The position numbers were made by a program, and so were the translations under genes. The notes below the pieces were generated by a model. The model was not told the DNA's origin and made no database searches. It saw only the letters and a program-made list of their open reading frames with translations. From NCBI GenBank assembly GCA_036261595.1, contig DATAKN010000118.1:3326-67325 (forward strand): a stretch of DNA of 64,000 nt, written 5' to 3'. Position 1 is the stretch's first letter, and the number at the start of each line of letters is the position of its first letter. Shown piece by piece: positions 33,045 through 43,026 of this stretch. This DNA comes from Marmoricola sp. Its GTDB lineage: Bacteria; Actinomycetota; Actinomycetes; Propionibacteriales; Nocardioidaceae.

Positions 33045-34196
33045 ATGAGCGCTCAGCAGGACGAGGTCCGCACGATCGAGGCCGAGGCGGCTCCGACCCG
33101 CTTCGCGCGGGGCTGGCACTGCCTGGGCCTGGTGCGCGACTTCGCCGACGGCAAGCCGCACCAGGTGCTCGCCTTCGGCCAGAAGCTCGTCGTCTTCGCC
33201 GGCTCCGACGGCGCCCTCAACGTCCTGGACGCCTACTGCCGGCACATGGGCGGCGACCTCTCGCAGGGCACGGTGAAGGGCAACGAGATCGCCTGCCCCT
33301 TCCACGACTGGCGCTGGGGCGGCGATGGCCGGTGCAAGGAGATCCCGTACGCGCGGCGCGTCCCCCTCCGCGCCCGCACCGCGTCCTGGCCCACGCTGGT
33401 CCAGGACGGCATGCTCTTCGTCTGGAACGACCCCGAGGGTCACCAGCCGCCCGAGGACGTGACCATTCCGCTGATCGAGGGCGCCAGCCGCGACGACTGG
33501 ACCGACTGGGTCTGGTACACCACCGTGATCGAGGGCTCGAACTGCCGCGAGATCGTCGACAACGTCGTGGACATGGCCCACTTCTTCTACGTGCACTACT
33601 CGTTCCCGACGTACTTCAAGAACGTCTTCGAGGGACACGTCGCGACGCAGTACCAGAAGGGGCTGGGCCGCGAGGACGTGCGGCCCGCGCAGAGCACGAG
33701 CGGAGCGCCGGCCCTCCTCGGCAACACGTCCGTGGCGTCGTACCACGGGCCGTCGTTCATGATCGACGACCTCACCTACCACTACGAGGACGGCGACGTG
33801 AACAGCGTCCTCATCAACTGCCACTACCCGATCACCGAGACCTCGTTCGTGCTGCAGTACGGGATCATCGTGGAGAAGGCGGCCCACCTGGACGACCCGG
33901 AGTCGATGGCCCGCAAGATGGGCGACTACATCAAGTTCGGCTTCGAGCAGGACGTGCAGATCTGGCGCAACAAGGCCCGCATCGACAACCCGCTGCTGTG
34001 CGAGGAGGACGGGCCCGTCTACCAGCTGCGGCGCTGGTACGAGCAGTTCTACGTCGACGTCGCGGACGTCACCGATGAGATGACCGAGCGCTTCGAGTTC
34101 GAGATCGACACCACCAAGCCCAACGAGGCGTGGCGCCGCGAGGTGGAGGAGAACCTCGCGAAGCGCGCGGCTGCGGCTCAGGGTGCGCCGGCCTGA
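33045..34196 (+). CDS. kshA: 3-ketosteroid 9alpha-hydroxylase, Rieske oxygenase subunit
   Basis: RFARGWHCLG; Rieske CRHMG...CPFHDW; mononuclear Fe motif DNVVDMAHFFYVH; GAGGAGG RBS. Confidence 0.95.
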   Translation: MSAQQDEVRTIEAEAAPTRFARGWHCLGLVRDFADGKPHQVLAFGQKLVVFAGSDGALNVLDAYCRHMGGDLSQGTVKGNEIACPFHDWRWGGDGRCKEIPYARRVPLRARTASWPTLVQDGMLFVWNDPEGHQPPEDVTIPLIEGASRDDWTDWVWYTTVIEGSNCREIVDNVVDMAHFFYVHYSFPTYFKNVFEGHVATQYQKGLGREDVRPAQSTSGAPALLGNTSVASYHGPSFMIDDLTYHYEDGDVNSVLINCHYPITETSFVLQYGIIVEKAAHLDDPESMARKMGDYIKFGFEQDVQIWRNKARIDNPLLCEEDGPVYQLRRWYEQFYVDVADVTDEMTERFEFEIDTTKPNEAWRREVEENLAKRAAAAQGAPA

Positions 34197-34510
34197 TGGC
34201 GGTCCGACCCGACGTCCGGCTCGAGAACGGCCCGATGACGCCGGTCACGTGCACGACGTGCGGGACCGGCGTCGAGGCTCGCAAGAGCAGCTGGGACCAG
34301 ACCAGCATCCAGTGGACCGCCGAGGCGATGGCGACCTGCGTGGAGCGGCGGGCGAGCTGCCCGCGTCCGGGCCCGAACGGCGCGACGTTCCTCGGCTGCG
34401 CCGCGCTGGACCAGTCCCTGCGCGAGGCCGCCGTCCGTGGTGACCTGCCGGTGCAGGACACCGACGAGCTCCTGACGAACCCCGCTGCCCGGGAGGTGCA
34501 CGCCGGATGA
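34196..34510 (+). CDS. Small Cys-containing protein translationally coupled to kshA
   Basis: TGATG overlap with kshA; CTTC...RKSSWDQTSIQW...C...C...C. Confidence 0.7.
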   Translation: MAVRPDVRLENGPMTPVTCTTCGTGVEARKSSWDQTSIQWTAEAMATCVERRASCPRPGPNGATFLGCAALDQSLREAAVRGDLPVQDTDELLTNPAAREVHAG

Positions 34511-35298
34511 CCGACGTCGATCGCTACGGTCCCTGGGCGGTCGTCCTGGGCGGCTCGGAGGGTGTCGGGGCCTCCTTCGCCCAGCAGCTCGCCGAGGACG
34601 GGTTCGACCTGGTGCTGGTGGCGCGCAAGCCCGACGCACTGGAGGCGACCGCGGATCGCGCACGGAGCAGGGGCGCGCAGGTGCGCACGCTCTCCCTCGA
34701 CCTGACCGCTCCGGAGTCCGTCGACGCGCTGATCGAGGCGACCTCGGACGTCGAGGTCGGTCTGCTGATCTGCAACGCCGGTGCCAACAGCTACGGGCAC
34801 CGGTTCCTCGACGGCGACCTCGACGGGTTCCGCGGCGTCATCGACCTGAACATCACCACGCCTCTGGCGCTCGCCCACCACTTCGGTCGGAGGATGCGCG
34901 ACCGCGGTCGTGGCGGCATCGTCTTCGTGGGCTCTCTGGCCGGCTACCTCGGCTCGGCCCGGGAGAGCGTGTACGGCGCGGCCAAGGCCTTCGGCCGGAT
35001 CTTCGCCGAGGGCCTCTGGCTCGAGCTGCGTGAGGAGGGCGTCGACGTCCTCGAGCTCGTGCTCGGCGTGACCCGCACTCCCGCCATGGAGCGGGCCGGC
35101 CTGAACTTCGACCTCCCCGGCCTCAACGTCGGCGAGCCCGACGACATCGCCCGCGAGGGCCTCGCCCACCTCGCCGACGGACCGGTCCGGATCGCCGGTG
35201 GCAACGACAAGATCGTGGAGATCCGCAGCCGTCCCGACCGGGCGGCACTGGCCCTCGCCTCGCAGGAGGCGATGCGCCGGCTGCTGCCCCAGGAGTAG
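34507..35298 (+). CDS. SDR-family oxidoreductase (17beta-HSD/DltE-like)
   Basis: YGPWAVVLGGSEGVG, CNAG and YGAAK; ATGA overlap. Confidence 0.85.
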   Translation: MTDVDRYGPWAVVLGGSEGVGASFAQQLAEDGFDLVLVARKPDALEATADRARSRGAQVRTLSLDLTAPESVDALIEATSDVEVGLLICNAGANSYGHRFLDGDLDGFRGVIDLNITTPLALAHHFGRRMRDRGRGGIVFVGSLAGYLGSARESVYGAAKAFGRIFAEGLWLELREEGVDVLELVLGVTRTPAMERAGLNFDLPGLNVGEPDDIAREGLAHLADGPVRIAGGNDKIVEIRSRPDRAALALASQEAMRRLLPQE

Positions 35299-35309
35299 CC
35301 GCACCCGCG

Positions 35310-36341
35310 TCACACCAGGAGAAGTACTCCTGCCAGGGACACCCCGGCCACGACGAGCGTGGAGGCGGAGGCCAGCACGAGGGCACGGCCGCTGCTGCGG
35401 ACCAGGGAGCGCAGGTGCACGCCGGTGCCCATGGCGAAGAGGGCCGCGCCGAGCACCAGCGTCTGCGCCGTGCCCACGGCGGAGAGCACCGACCCAGGCA
35501 GCACGCCCGTGCTGCGCAGGGCCACGCACGCCAGGAAGCCGACCACGAAGAGCGGGACGAGCGGCGGCTGGGACCCCGCCAGGTCCGAGGACGTCGCCCG
35601 CCGTCGGCGCAGGAGACCGACACCCGCGACGACGGGCGCCAGCAGCAGCACCCGGGTGAGCTTCACCACGACGGCGACGCCCACCGCCGCCGCGCCCGCT
35701 GGCCCGGCCGCCGCGACCACCTGGCCCACCTCGTGCACGCTCGCGCCGGCCCATGCGCCGTACTGGGCATCGCTCAGGCCCAGCGGTCCCTGGAGGAGCG
35801 GGAGGACCACCATCGCGACCGTGCCGCAGATGGTCACCATCGCGATCGCCACCGCGATGTCGTCGTCCTCGGCCTCGGCGTTGTCACCCATCGCTGCCAC
35901 GGCCGAGGCACCGCAGATCGCGAAACCGGTGGCGATCAGCAGGCTGCGCGCTGGGCCCAGACCCAGGCGCAACCCCAGCCAGTTCGTGACGAGCAGCGTG
36001 GTGAACAAGGTGACCACGACCAGGACGACCATCGGTACGCCGAGCCGGGCGATCGCCACCACCGACAGCGAGCAGCCGAGCAGCACGACACCGAGCCGCA
36101 GCAGTTTCCGGGTCGCCACCGCGAGCCCTGGCCGCGCCGTCTCGGGAAGCATGCCGGCGTTGGCCGCCGCGGCACCGAGCAGGACGGCCCAGGTCAAGGT
36201 GCCCACGGCGCCCACGAGCTGATGGGCGAGCACGGATGCCAGGACGCCGGCGATCGCGACGGCCACACCGGGGCCGTGGCGTCGTACGGGTCCGGTGACA
36301 GGCTGGGTGGCGGGAGCGGCGCGGGTGGCAGAGATCGGCAC
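35310..36341 (-). CDS. YeiH/PSE family putative sulfate exporter (start uncertain)
   Basis: LLRLGVVLLG, GFAICGASAVAA, GASVHEVGQVVAA, VKLTRV. Confidence 0.88.
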   Translation of the reverse strand: MPISATRAAPATQPVTGPVRRHGPGVAVAIAGVLASVLAHQLVGAVGTLTWAVLLGAAAANAGMLPETARPGLAVATRKLLRLGVVLLGCSLSVVAIARLGVPMVVLVVVTLFTTLLVTNWLGLRLGLGPARSLLIATGFAICGASAVAAMGDNAEAEDDDIAVAIAMVTICGTVAMVVLPLLQGPLGLSDAQYGAWAGASVHEVGQVVAAAGPAGAAAVGVAVVVKLTRVLLLAPVVAGVGLLRRRRATSSDLAGSQPPLVPLFVVGFLACVALRSTGVLPGSVLSAVGTAQTLVLGAALFAMGTGVHLRSLVRSSGRALVLASASTLVVAGVSLAGVLLLV

Positions 36342-36411
36342 GCGCTCATGCTCGTGGGCGTCGAGCGACACCAGTAGACGTCGCTTCCGCATGGAGTCAT
36401 ACGCTTCGTGC

Positions 36412-37314
36412 ATGACCACGTCGACCTCTGATCTCGGCGACCTGGCGCTGCTGGTGCGCGTCGCTCAGCTCGGCAGCCTCGGCCGGGTCGCCGAGGAGGC
36501 CGGTCTGAGCCAGCCGAGCCTCAGCCGTCGGATGGCGCGGCTGGAACGGGCGCTGCGGCTCTCGCTGCTCGAGAGAGGGCCCCGCGGCACGACGCTGACG
36601 CCGGCCGGGCGCGTGGTCGTGGACTGGGCCGAAGAGCTGCTCGGGGCCGCACGCCGGTTCGACGAGTCGGTGGCGGCGCTGCGCGCCCATCGCACCAGCA
36701 CGCTGCGCGTCGCCGCCAGCATGACCATCGCCGAGCACCTCGCACCCAGCTGGCTGAGCAAGCTGCGCGACCTCCAGCCCGACACGGTGGTGGCGATGTC
36801 GGTGCACAACTCGGCCGACGTCGTCGGCGCCGTCGAGCACGGGCGCGCTGACGTCGGCTTCGTCGAGTCCCCCAAGGTGCGACGGGGACTCCGCCGCCGT
36901 CGGCTGGTCTGGGACACCTTGGTCGTCGTGGTCGCGGAGTCACATCCGTGGGCGCGGCGGACCCGCCCGGTCACCGCGACCGAGCTCGCCGCCGAGCCGC
37001 TGCTCGTGCGGGAGCCGGGCTCGGGCACCCGCGAGACCATCGACGAGGCCCTGCTGGCGCGGGGCCTGGAGCTGACGACGTTGCAGGTGCTCGCGTCCAA
37101 CGCTGCCCTGAAGAGCTCGGCCCTCGTCGGCATCGGCCCCGCGGTGCTGTCCTCGCTCGCCGTCGTGGACGAGATCGGCTCCGGCCGGCTCGTCGCCGTC
37201 CGTCTGCGCGACCTCGACCTGCAGCGGCCGCTGTCCGTGGTGTGGCGCGAGGGCGCGCAGCTCCCGCCGGCCGCGGACGTCCTCGTGCGCCTGGCCGCGG
37301 GCCGGAGCCGTTGA
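36412..37314 (+). CDS. LysR-family regulator (YeiE/CysL-like), divergent from yeiH
   Basis: HTH LSQPSLSRRMARLE; AASMTIAEH; REPGSGTR. Confidence 0.9.
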   Translation: MTTSTSDLGDLALLVRVAQLGSLGRVAEEAGLSQPSLSRRMARLERALRLSLLERGPRGTTLTPAGRVVVDWAEELLGAARRFDESVAALRAHRTSTLRVAASMTIAEHLAPSWLSKLRDLQPDTVVAMSVHNSADVVGAVEHGRADVGFVESPKVRRGLRRRRLVWDTLVVVVAESHPWARRTRPVTATELAAEPLLVREPGSGTRETIDEALLARGLELTTLQVLASNAALKSSALVGIGPAVLSSLAVVDEIGSGRLVAVRLRDLDLQRPLSVVWREGAQLPPAADVLVRLAAGRSR

Positions 37315-37338
37315 CGTCCTCGGTCACCCGCCGGGCGC

Positions 37339-38790
37339 TCAGCCGCGGGCAGCCGCCACGCCGACCCTCCGCCCGAAGAACGTGCCGTCGCCGAGCGACG
37401 TGCCACTGACGTAGCCCTCGCCGTGCATGCCGGAGCTGGCGCGGCCGGCGGCGTACAGGCCCGGAACCGGGATGCCGTCCACGGCGAGCACCTCGCCGTC
37501 GACGGTCGTGTGCAGCCCACCGAGGGTGAAGCCGGAGAAGCCGGTCCCCGACGGGCTCGAGCCGGTGGCTCCGAACCCGAGCCGTGGGTCCACCGCAGCG
37601 AACGGCCCGGCCAGCGGCCGCACCCAGCGTTTCGCCTTGTGGAAGTAGGGATCCTCGCCGTCTGCCGCGTGCCGGTTGTACGCCGCGACCGTGTCCTCGA
37701 GCGATCCGGCCGGAAGACCGAGGTCGCCCTCGAGCTCGGCCAGCGTCTCCGCGGCGTACGTCGGGCGCACGCCCCACCGGTCCTGCTCGGGGACCGCCTC
37801 CAGGCCCTCCTCGTCGAGGATCACCCAGCACGGACCCGGCTGGAGCAGCGCGGCGTGGCTGAAGACCCCCGGATAGACGTCCTCGTTGACGAACCGCCGG
37901 CCGAGGCCGTTGACCAGCATGCCGCGGCACACCATCGCCGGGAGCGCTGTGTACGCGGCCTCGACCACCGACATCCGGCGCACGGCGGCGCCGAGGGCCA
38001 TCGCCATCCGGATGCCCGACCCGTCGTCGAGCCCGTCGCTGACCTTCCCGTGCCCGAGCAGGACCGGGGCGTGGTCGGCGAGCATCTCCTCGTTGTCGAC
38101 GAAGCCACCGGTGGTCAGCACGACGCCGCGGCGCGCGCGATAGATCACGTCGGCGCCGAAGCGCCGGCCGCGCACCCCGACGACCCGGCCGCCGTCGACG
38201 ACGAGGGCGTCCGCGCGGGTGTCGGTCACCGACCGGACACCGGCGGCCGCGCATGCCGAGACCAGCGCGTCCATGAGGGTGTGGCCGGCCCAGCCCTCGG
38301 TCGCGGGACGGTGGCCGCGAGGCACCGGCCGGGCGACGGTGTCGAACGGCCACGCGTTCTCCCCCAGCCACATGAGGCCATCGCGCGTGGGCGGCATCCA
38401 GCTCGGGGCGTCGTACAGCGACGGCTCGAACCGCACGCCGCGGGCGGCGAACCACTCGAAGTGCTCGACGCTGCCGTTGCAGTAGAGCCGCAGCTTCTCC
38501 TCGTCGGCGTGCGGTCCGAGCGCGGCCCGCAGGTAGGCGTACATGTTGTCCGCGTCGTCGTCGAAGCCGCATGCCTGCTGGACGCTGGTGCCGCCGCCGA
38601 GGTAGAGCTCACCGCCCGACTGCGCCGAGGAGCCGCCGGGACCGCTGGCCCGCTCGAGGACGAGAACGTCGGCACCGGCAGTCACGGCCTCGTACGCCGC
38701 GGCCGCACCCGCACAGCCGAAGCCGACGACGAGGACGTCGACCTCGGCGTCGTACGACGCGACCTCGGCCGCCGGCACAGGACCGACCAC
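37339..38790 (-). CDS. FAD-dependent 3-ketosteroid dehydrogenase, Delta4-(5alpha) type
   Basis: VVGFGCAG, SGGELYLGGGT, FVNEDVY, FTLGGL and GYVSGTSLGDG (YxS motif rather than the KstD YxGxG motif). Confidence 0.75.
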   Translation of the reverse strand: MVGPVPAAEVASYDAEVDVLVVGFGCAGAAAAYEAVTAGADVLVLERASGPGGSSAQSGGELYLGGGTSVQQACGFDDDADNMYAYLRAALGPHADEEKLRLYCNGSVEHFEWFAARGVRFEPSLYDAPSWMPPTRDGLMWLGENAWPFDTVARPVPRGHRPATEGWAGHTLMDALVSACAAAGVRSVTDTRADALVVDGGRVVGVRGRRFGADVIYRARRGVVLTTGGFVDNEEMLADHAPVLLGHGKVSDGLDDGSGIRMAMALGAAVRRMSVVEAAYTALPAMVCRGMLVNGLGRRFVNEDVYPGVFSHAALLQPGPCWVILDEEGLEAVPEQDRWGVRPTYAAETLAELEGDLGLPAGSLEDTVAAYNRHAADGEDPYFHKAKRWVRPLAGPFAAVDPRLGFGATGSSPSGTGFSGFTLGGLHTTVDGEVLAVDGIPVPGLYAAGRASSGMHGEGYVSGTSLGDGTFFGRRVGVAAARG

Positions 38791-38800
38791 GTCCGGCTCC

Positions 38801-39724
38801 TCAGCGCTGCGGCGGCGCGAACGCCGCCAGCGGCTCGGAGCCGGACCAGTCGTGGCCCCAGTAGCTGTCCCGGGTGATCTCCTCGGCGGTGTAGTGGGTC
38901 TCGTCGACGAGCATGCCTTCGGTGCCGTACTCCAGGTCCCAGCCACCGGGCGCGCGGACGTAGAACGACACCATCTTGTCGTTCGTGTGGCGACCCAGCG
39001 TCGAGGAGACCGAGAACCCGCGCCGGTTGACCTCGTCGAGTGCGCGCCCGACCGCGTCGAGGGAGTCCACCTCGACCATGAGGTGCACCAGACCGGGGGG
39101 CTCGCCGTGGGGTGCGGGGCAGATCGCCAGGCTGTGGTGCCGCTGGTTGACGCCCAGGAATCGCACCCGGCGGGGCTTCGCACCGGGCTCCTGCCGGCTC
39201 ATCTTGACCGAGCCCCGCGGCAGGAACCCCAGCACCTCGGTGTAGAAGGTCTCCACCTCCTCGAAGCTGGTCGTGGGCAGCACGACGTGTCCCATCCCCT
39301 GCTCGCCGGTGACGAACCTCTGCATCCACCGCGTCCGCACGGGATCGTGGTCGAGGACCGGGCCGAAGAACACCTCGGCCCGCGTGCCCGACGGGTCGTC
39401 GAACGCGATCGCCGAGTCGACCCGTCGTTCCTGGCACTCCTCCTCGGTGAGCACCTTCACCGCCGTACCCGAAGCCTCCACGGCACGGCCGACGGCGGCG
39501 AGCGCGAACTGGTCGCGCACCTCCCAGCCGACGGCCAGCACCCGGTCGGACTCGCCCGGGAGCACGACGAGCCGTGCGGCCCGCTCGTCCATCCGCAGGT
39601 GGAGGCCGTCCGGCTCGGGCCCGGTCGTCTCGGCGAAGCCGAGCGCCTCGACCGCGAGCTCGCGCCAGCGTGGGACGTCCCGGCTCTGGACCCGGAGGTA
39701 CCCGAGGCCACGGATCTCGGTCAT
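38801..39724 (-). CDS. hsaC: Extradiol dioxygenase (HsaC/BphC family)
   Basis: IRGLGYL, GMGHVVL, RHHSLA, HLMVEV, LGRHTND, LEYG. Confidence 0.9.
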   Translation of the reverse strand: MTEIRGLGYLRVQSRDVPRWRELAVEALGFAETTGPEPDGLHLRMDERAARLVVLPGESDRVLAVGWEVRDQFALAAVGRAVEASGTAVKVLTEEECQERRVDSAIAFDDPSGTRAEVFFGPVLDHDPVRTRWMQRFVTGEQGMGHVVLPTTSFEEVETFYTEVLGFLPRGSVKMSRQEPGAKPRRVRFLGVNQRHHSLAICPAPHGEPPGLVHLMVEVDSLDAVGRALDEVNRRGFSVSSTLGRHTNDKMVSFYVRAPGGWDLEYGTEGMLVDETHYTAEEITRDSYWGHDWSGSEPLAAFAPPQR

Positions 39725-39748
39725 CGTGTGGATCCCTTCAACTGGTCG

Positions 39749-40933
39749 TCAGATCATCGAGAGCATCGGACCGGCCGGCGGCTCGACGTCGAGGTCGGTC
39801 AGTGCCGACGCGTGGAACACCGACCCCGGTACGTGGATCGCGTGCACGAGGCCCATGTGACCGTCGCGCCAGAACCGCTGGATCGGGTTGTCCATCCGCA
39901 TCCCGTTGCCACCGCTGCGGGCGACGACCTCGTCCATGGCGCGCACGGCCCGCCACGCCGCCGCCACCTGCGTACGCCGCGACGCGGCTCGCTCGGCCAG
40001 CGAGACCTGCTCACCGCGAGCCGCCTTGTCGTAGAACCGCGAGACGTTGTCGAGCATGGCCGTGCGCGATGCCTTGATCTCCTCAGCGGCGGCGCTGATC
40101 GCAAACAGCACGTAGGGGTCGTCCTTGGCTCGAGTGCCGGTGATCTGCACGCGGGTGCGCTGGTAGGCCAGGTGCGCGGCGAGCGCGCCCTCGGCGATGC
40201 CGATCACCGCGGAGGTGATGCCGAGCGGGAACATCGTGGTGAACGGCACGCCGTACGTCGGGTTCGTGCGGCCGGAGTCGCGCAGCGCAGAGCCGTCCAT
40301 CATCCGCGAGAACGGCACGGCACGGTATTCAGGGATGAAGGCGTCCTTGACGACGATGTCCTTGCTGCCGGTTCCGCGCAGCCCGACGACGTCCCAGGTG
40401 TCCTCGACGATCTCGTAGTCGGAGCGCGGCAGGATCACGTGGTAGTTCTGCGGTGGCCTGAGCGTCTCGCCGTTCTCGTCACCGAGGAAGGCGCCCAGGA
40501 AGATCCAGTCGCAGTGGTCGGTGCCCGAGGAGAACTGCCAGCGGCCGTTGAAGACGTAACCGCCGTCGACCGGCCGCAGCACGCCCATCGGCGCGTACGG
40601 CGACGCGATCCAGGTCTCCTGGTCCTCGCCCCAGATCTCCTGCTGGACCTTCGGGTCGCACAGCGCCATCTCCCAGGGGTGCACGCCGACGATGCCGGCC
40701 ACCCAGCCGGTCGAGCCGTCCAGCGACGCCAGTCGCATCACGGCCTCGGCGAAGTCGCGCGGGTGCGCCTCCGCGCCGCCGTGCTCGGCCGGCTGCAGCA
40801 TCTTGACCGCACCGGATTCCCGCAGCAGCTTGGCGGCGCGGTCGGCGAGCTTGCCGAGACGCTCGTTCTCGGGGCCGAGCGCGGCGATCTCCTCGGCGTG
40901 CTCCTCGACGGCGGTGAGCGTGGGGTTGGTCAT
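39749..40933 (-). CDS. Second HsaA-like flavin-dependent hydroxylase
   Basis: [44 protein letters not shown]. Confidence 0.85.
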   Translation of the reverse strand: MTNPTLTAVEEHAEEIAALGPENERLGKLADRAAKLLRESGAVKMLQPAEHGGAEAHPRDFAEAVMRLASLDGSTGWVAGIVGVHPWEMALCDPKVQQEIWGEDQETWIASPYAPMGVLRPVDGGYVFNGRWQFSSGTDHCDWIFLGAFLGDENGETLRPPQNYHVILPRSDYEIVEDTWDVVGLRGTGSKDIVVKDAFIPEYRAVPFSRMMDGSALRDSGRTNPTYGVPFTTMFPLGITSAVIGIAEGALAAHLAYQRTRVQITGTRAKDDPYVLFAISAAAEEIKASRTAMLDNVSRFYDKAARGEQVSLAERAASRRTQVAAAWRAVRAMDEVVARSGGNGMRMDNPIQRFWRDGHMGLVHAIHVPGSVFHASALTDLDVEPPAGPMLSMI

Positions 40934-41985
40934 GACAGTGCCTTCTCTCGTGGGCGGTCGGCCGCGTGGCGCTCGGCGAGGCCGACGGCGATCTCGATGA
41001 GCTGGTCCTCCTGGCCGCCGATCAGCTTGCGGCGGCCGGCCTCGACGAGGATCTCGGCGCCGGAGACGCCGTACTTCTGGGCCTGGCGGTCGGCGTGCTT
41101 GAGGAAGCTGGAGTACACACCCGCGTAACCCATGGTCAGCGAGAGCCGGTCGAGCAGGCACTCGGTGTCCATCACCGGACGGACCACGTCCTCGGCGGCG
41201 TCGATGATCGCGAGCGTGTCGATCCCGGTGCGGATCCCGAGCTTCTCGGCCACGGCGACGAAGGCCTCGACCGGGGTGTTGCCCGCGCCCGCGCCGAACC
41301 GCCTGGTCGAGCCGTCGATCTGGGTGGCGCCCGCCCGGACCGCGATCACGGAGTTCGCGACGCCGAGCCCGAGGTTCTCGTGGCCGTGGAAGCCGACCTG
41401 CGCGTCGTCCCCGAGCTCGGCGACGAGTGCCGCGACCCGGTCACCGGTGTCCTCGAGGACGAGTGCACCGGCCGAGTCGACGACGTACACGCACTGGCAG
41501 CCGGCGTCGGCCATGATCCGCGCCTGCCGCGCGAGGACCTGCGGCGGCTGGCTGTGGGACATCATCAGGAAGCCCACCGTCTCCAGTCCGAGGTCGCGCG
41601 CCAGCCCGAAGTGCTGCACGGAGACGTCGGCCTCGGTGCAGTGCGTCGCGATCCGGCAGATGGTGGCGCCGTGGTCGGCGGCGGCCCGGATGTCGTCCTT
41701 GACGCCGACGCCGGGCAGCATGAGGAAGGCGATCTTCGCCGTGGTCGCGGTCTCGACCGCAGCCTTGATCAGCTCCTGCTCCGGGGTGTGGCTGAACCCG
41801 TAGTTGAACGACGACCCGCCGAGCCCGTCGCCGTGGGCGACCTCGATGACCGGCACGCCGGCGGCGTCGAGTGCGCCGACGATGTCGCGCACGTGCTGCA
41901 CGGTGAACTGGTGCTGCTTGGCGTGGGAGCCGTCCCGCAGCGAGGAGTCGGTCACCCGGATGTCGAGGCTGTCGTCGTAGGGCAT
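40930..41985 (-). CDS. dmpG: 4-hydroxy-2-oxovalerate/oxohexanoate aldolase (HsaF/DmpG)
   Basis: [42 protein letters not shown]. Confidence 0.93.
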   Translation of the reverse strand: MPYDDSLDIRVTDSSLRDGSHAKQHQFTVQHVRDIVGALDAAGVPVIEVAHGDGLGGSSFNYGFSHTPEQELIKAAVETATTAKIAFLMLPGVGVKDDIRAAADHGATICRIATHCTEADVSVQHFGLARDLGLETVGFLMMSHSQPPQVLARQARIMADAGCQCVYVVDSAGALVLEDTGDRVAALVAELGDDAQVGFHGHENLGLGVANSVIAVRAGATQIDGSTRRFGAGAGNTPVEAFVAVAEKLGIRTGIDTLAIIDAAEDVVRPVMDTECLLDRLSLTMGYAGVYSSFLKHADRQAQKYGVSGAEILVEAGRRKLIGGQEDQLIEIAVGLAERHAADRPREKALS

Positions 41986-42899
41986 CAGACGCCGACCTCC
42001 TGCTCGAGGACCTGCCGGGCGAGCACCTCGCCGACCCTCGCCGCGGCCGCGGTCATGATGTCGAGGTTGCCGGCGTACGGCGGGAGGAAGTCGCCCGCGC
42101 CCTCGACCTCGAGGAACACCGCCACCCGGGCCAGGTCCATCGACATCGGTGTGGCCTCGTCGAACTGCGGCTCCGCACGGAGCCGGTAGCCGGGCACGTA
42201 CGCCGCCACGTCGTCGACCATCCGGCGGATCGACTCGCTGATCGCGTCCCGGTCGGCATCAGGCGCGATCGAGCAGAAGACGGTGTCGCGCATCAGCATC
42301 GGCGGCTCGGCCGGGTTGAGGATGATGATCGCCTTGCCCCTGCGAGCACCGCCGATCGTCTCGATGCCGCGGCTGGTGGTCAGCGTGAACTCGTCGATGT
42401 TGGCCCGCGTGCCCGGTCCCGCCGAGGGCGACGCGACGCTGGCGACGATCTCGGCGTAGTCGACCTGGGTGATCCGCGACACCGCGGCCACGATCGGGAT
42501 CGTGGCCTGTCCACCGCAGGTGATCATGTTGACGTTCGGTGCGTCCTGGTGCTGCTCGAGGTTGACCGGGGGGATCACCGCGGGTCCCACGGCGGCCGGG
42601 GTGAGGTCCACGGCACGGATGCCGAGCTCGGCGTACCGGGGCGCGTTGGCGCGGTGGACGTAGGCCGACGTGGCCTCGAAGACGAGGTCGGGGAGTTCGG
42701 GCTGGGCGAGCAGCCAGTCGACGCCCTCGTGCGAGGCGACCAGGCCTGCCTGCGCGGCCCGCGCGAGACCGGGGCTGTCGGGATCGACCCCGATCATCCA
42801 GCGCGGCTCGACGTTCTCGGATCGCTGCAGCTTGTACATCAGGTCGGTGCCGATGTTGCCGGACCCGATGATCGCGGCGGTCGCGCGGCGGCTGCTCAT
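41985..42899 (-). CDS. hsaG: Acylating aldehyde dehydrogenase (HsaG/MhpF)
   Basis: [41 protein letters not shown]. Confidence 0.9.
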   Translation of the reverse strand: MSSRRATAAIIGSGNIGTDLMYKLQRSENVEPRWMIGVDPDSPGLARAAQAGLVASHEGVDWLLAQPELPDLVFEATSAYVHRANAPRYAELGIRAVDLTPAAVGPAVIPPVNLEQHQDAPNVNMITCGGQATIPIVAAVSRITQVDYAEIVASVASPSAGPGTRANIDEFTLTTSRGIETIGGARRGKAIIILNPAEPPMLMRDTVFCSIAPDADRDAISESIRRMVDDVAAYVPGYRLRAEPQFDEATPMSMDLARVAVFLEVEGAGDFLPPYAGNLDIMTAAAARVGEVLARQVLEQEVGV

Positions 42900-42994
42900 G
42901 CCCGGTCCTCCTCTCTCCGGCCCGGACCGGCGACCACGTCGCCGTCGAGCACGACGTCACGGTTCCACCGGCCCCGGGCTCGGGGTCGGGGCTC

Positions 42995-43009
42995 TCCCGG
43001 TGACCGGGA
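42995..43009. promoter_or_regulatory. Regulon box 8 (TCCCGGTGACCGGGA), internal promoter before hsaG
   Basis: Perfect palindrome in the kshB-hsaG gap. Confidence 0.75.
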
Positions 43010-43026
43010 CGTCCGTCGTACGCCGG

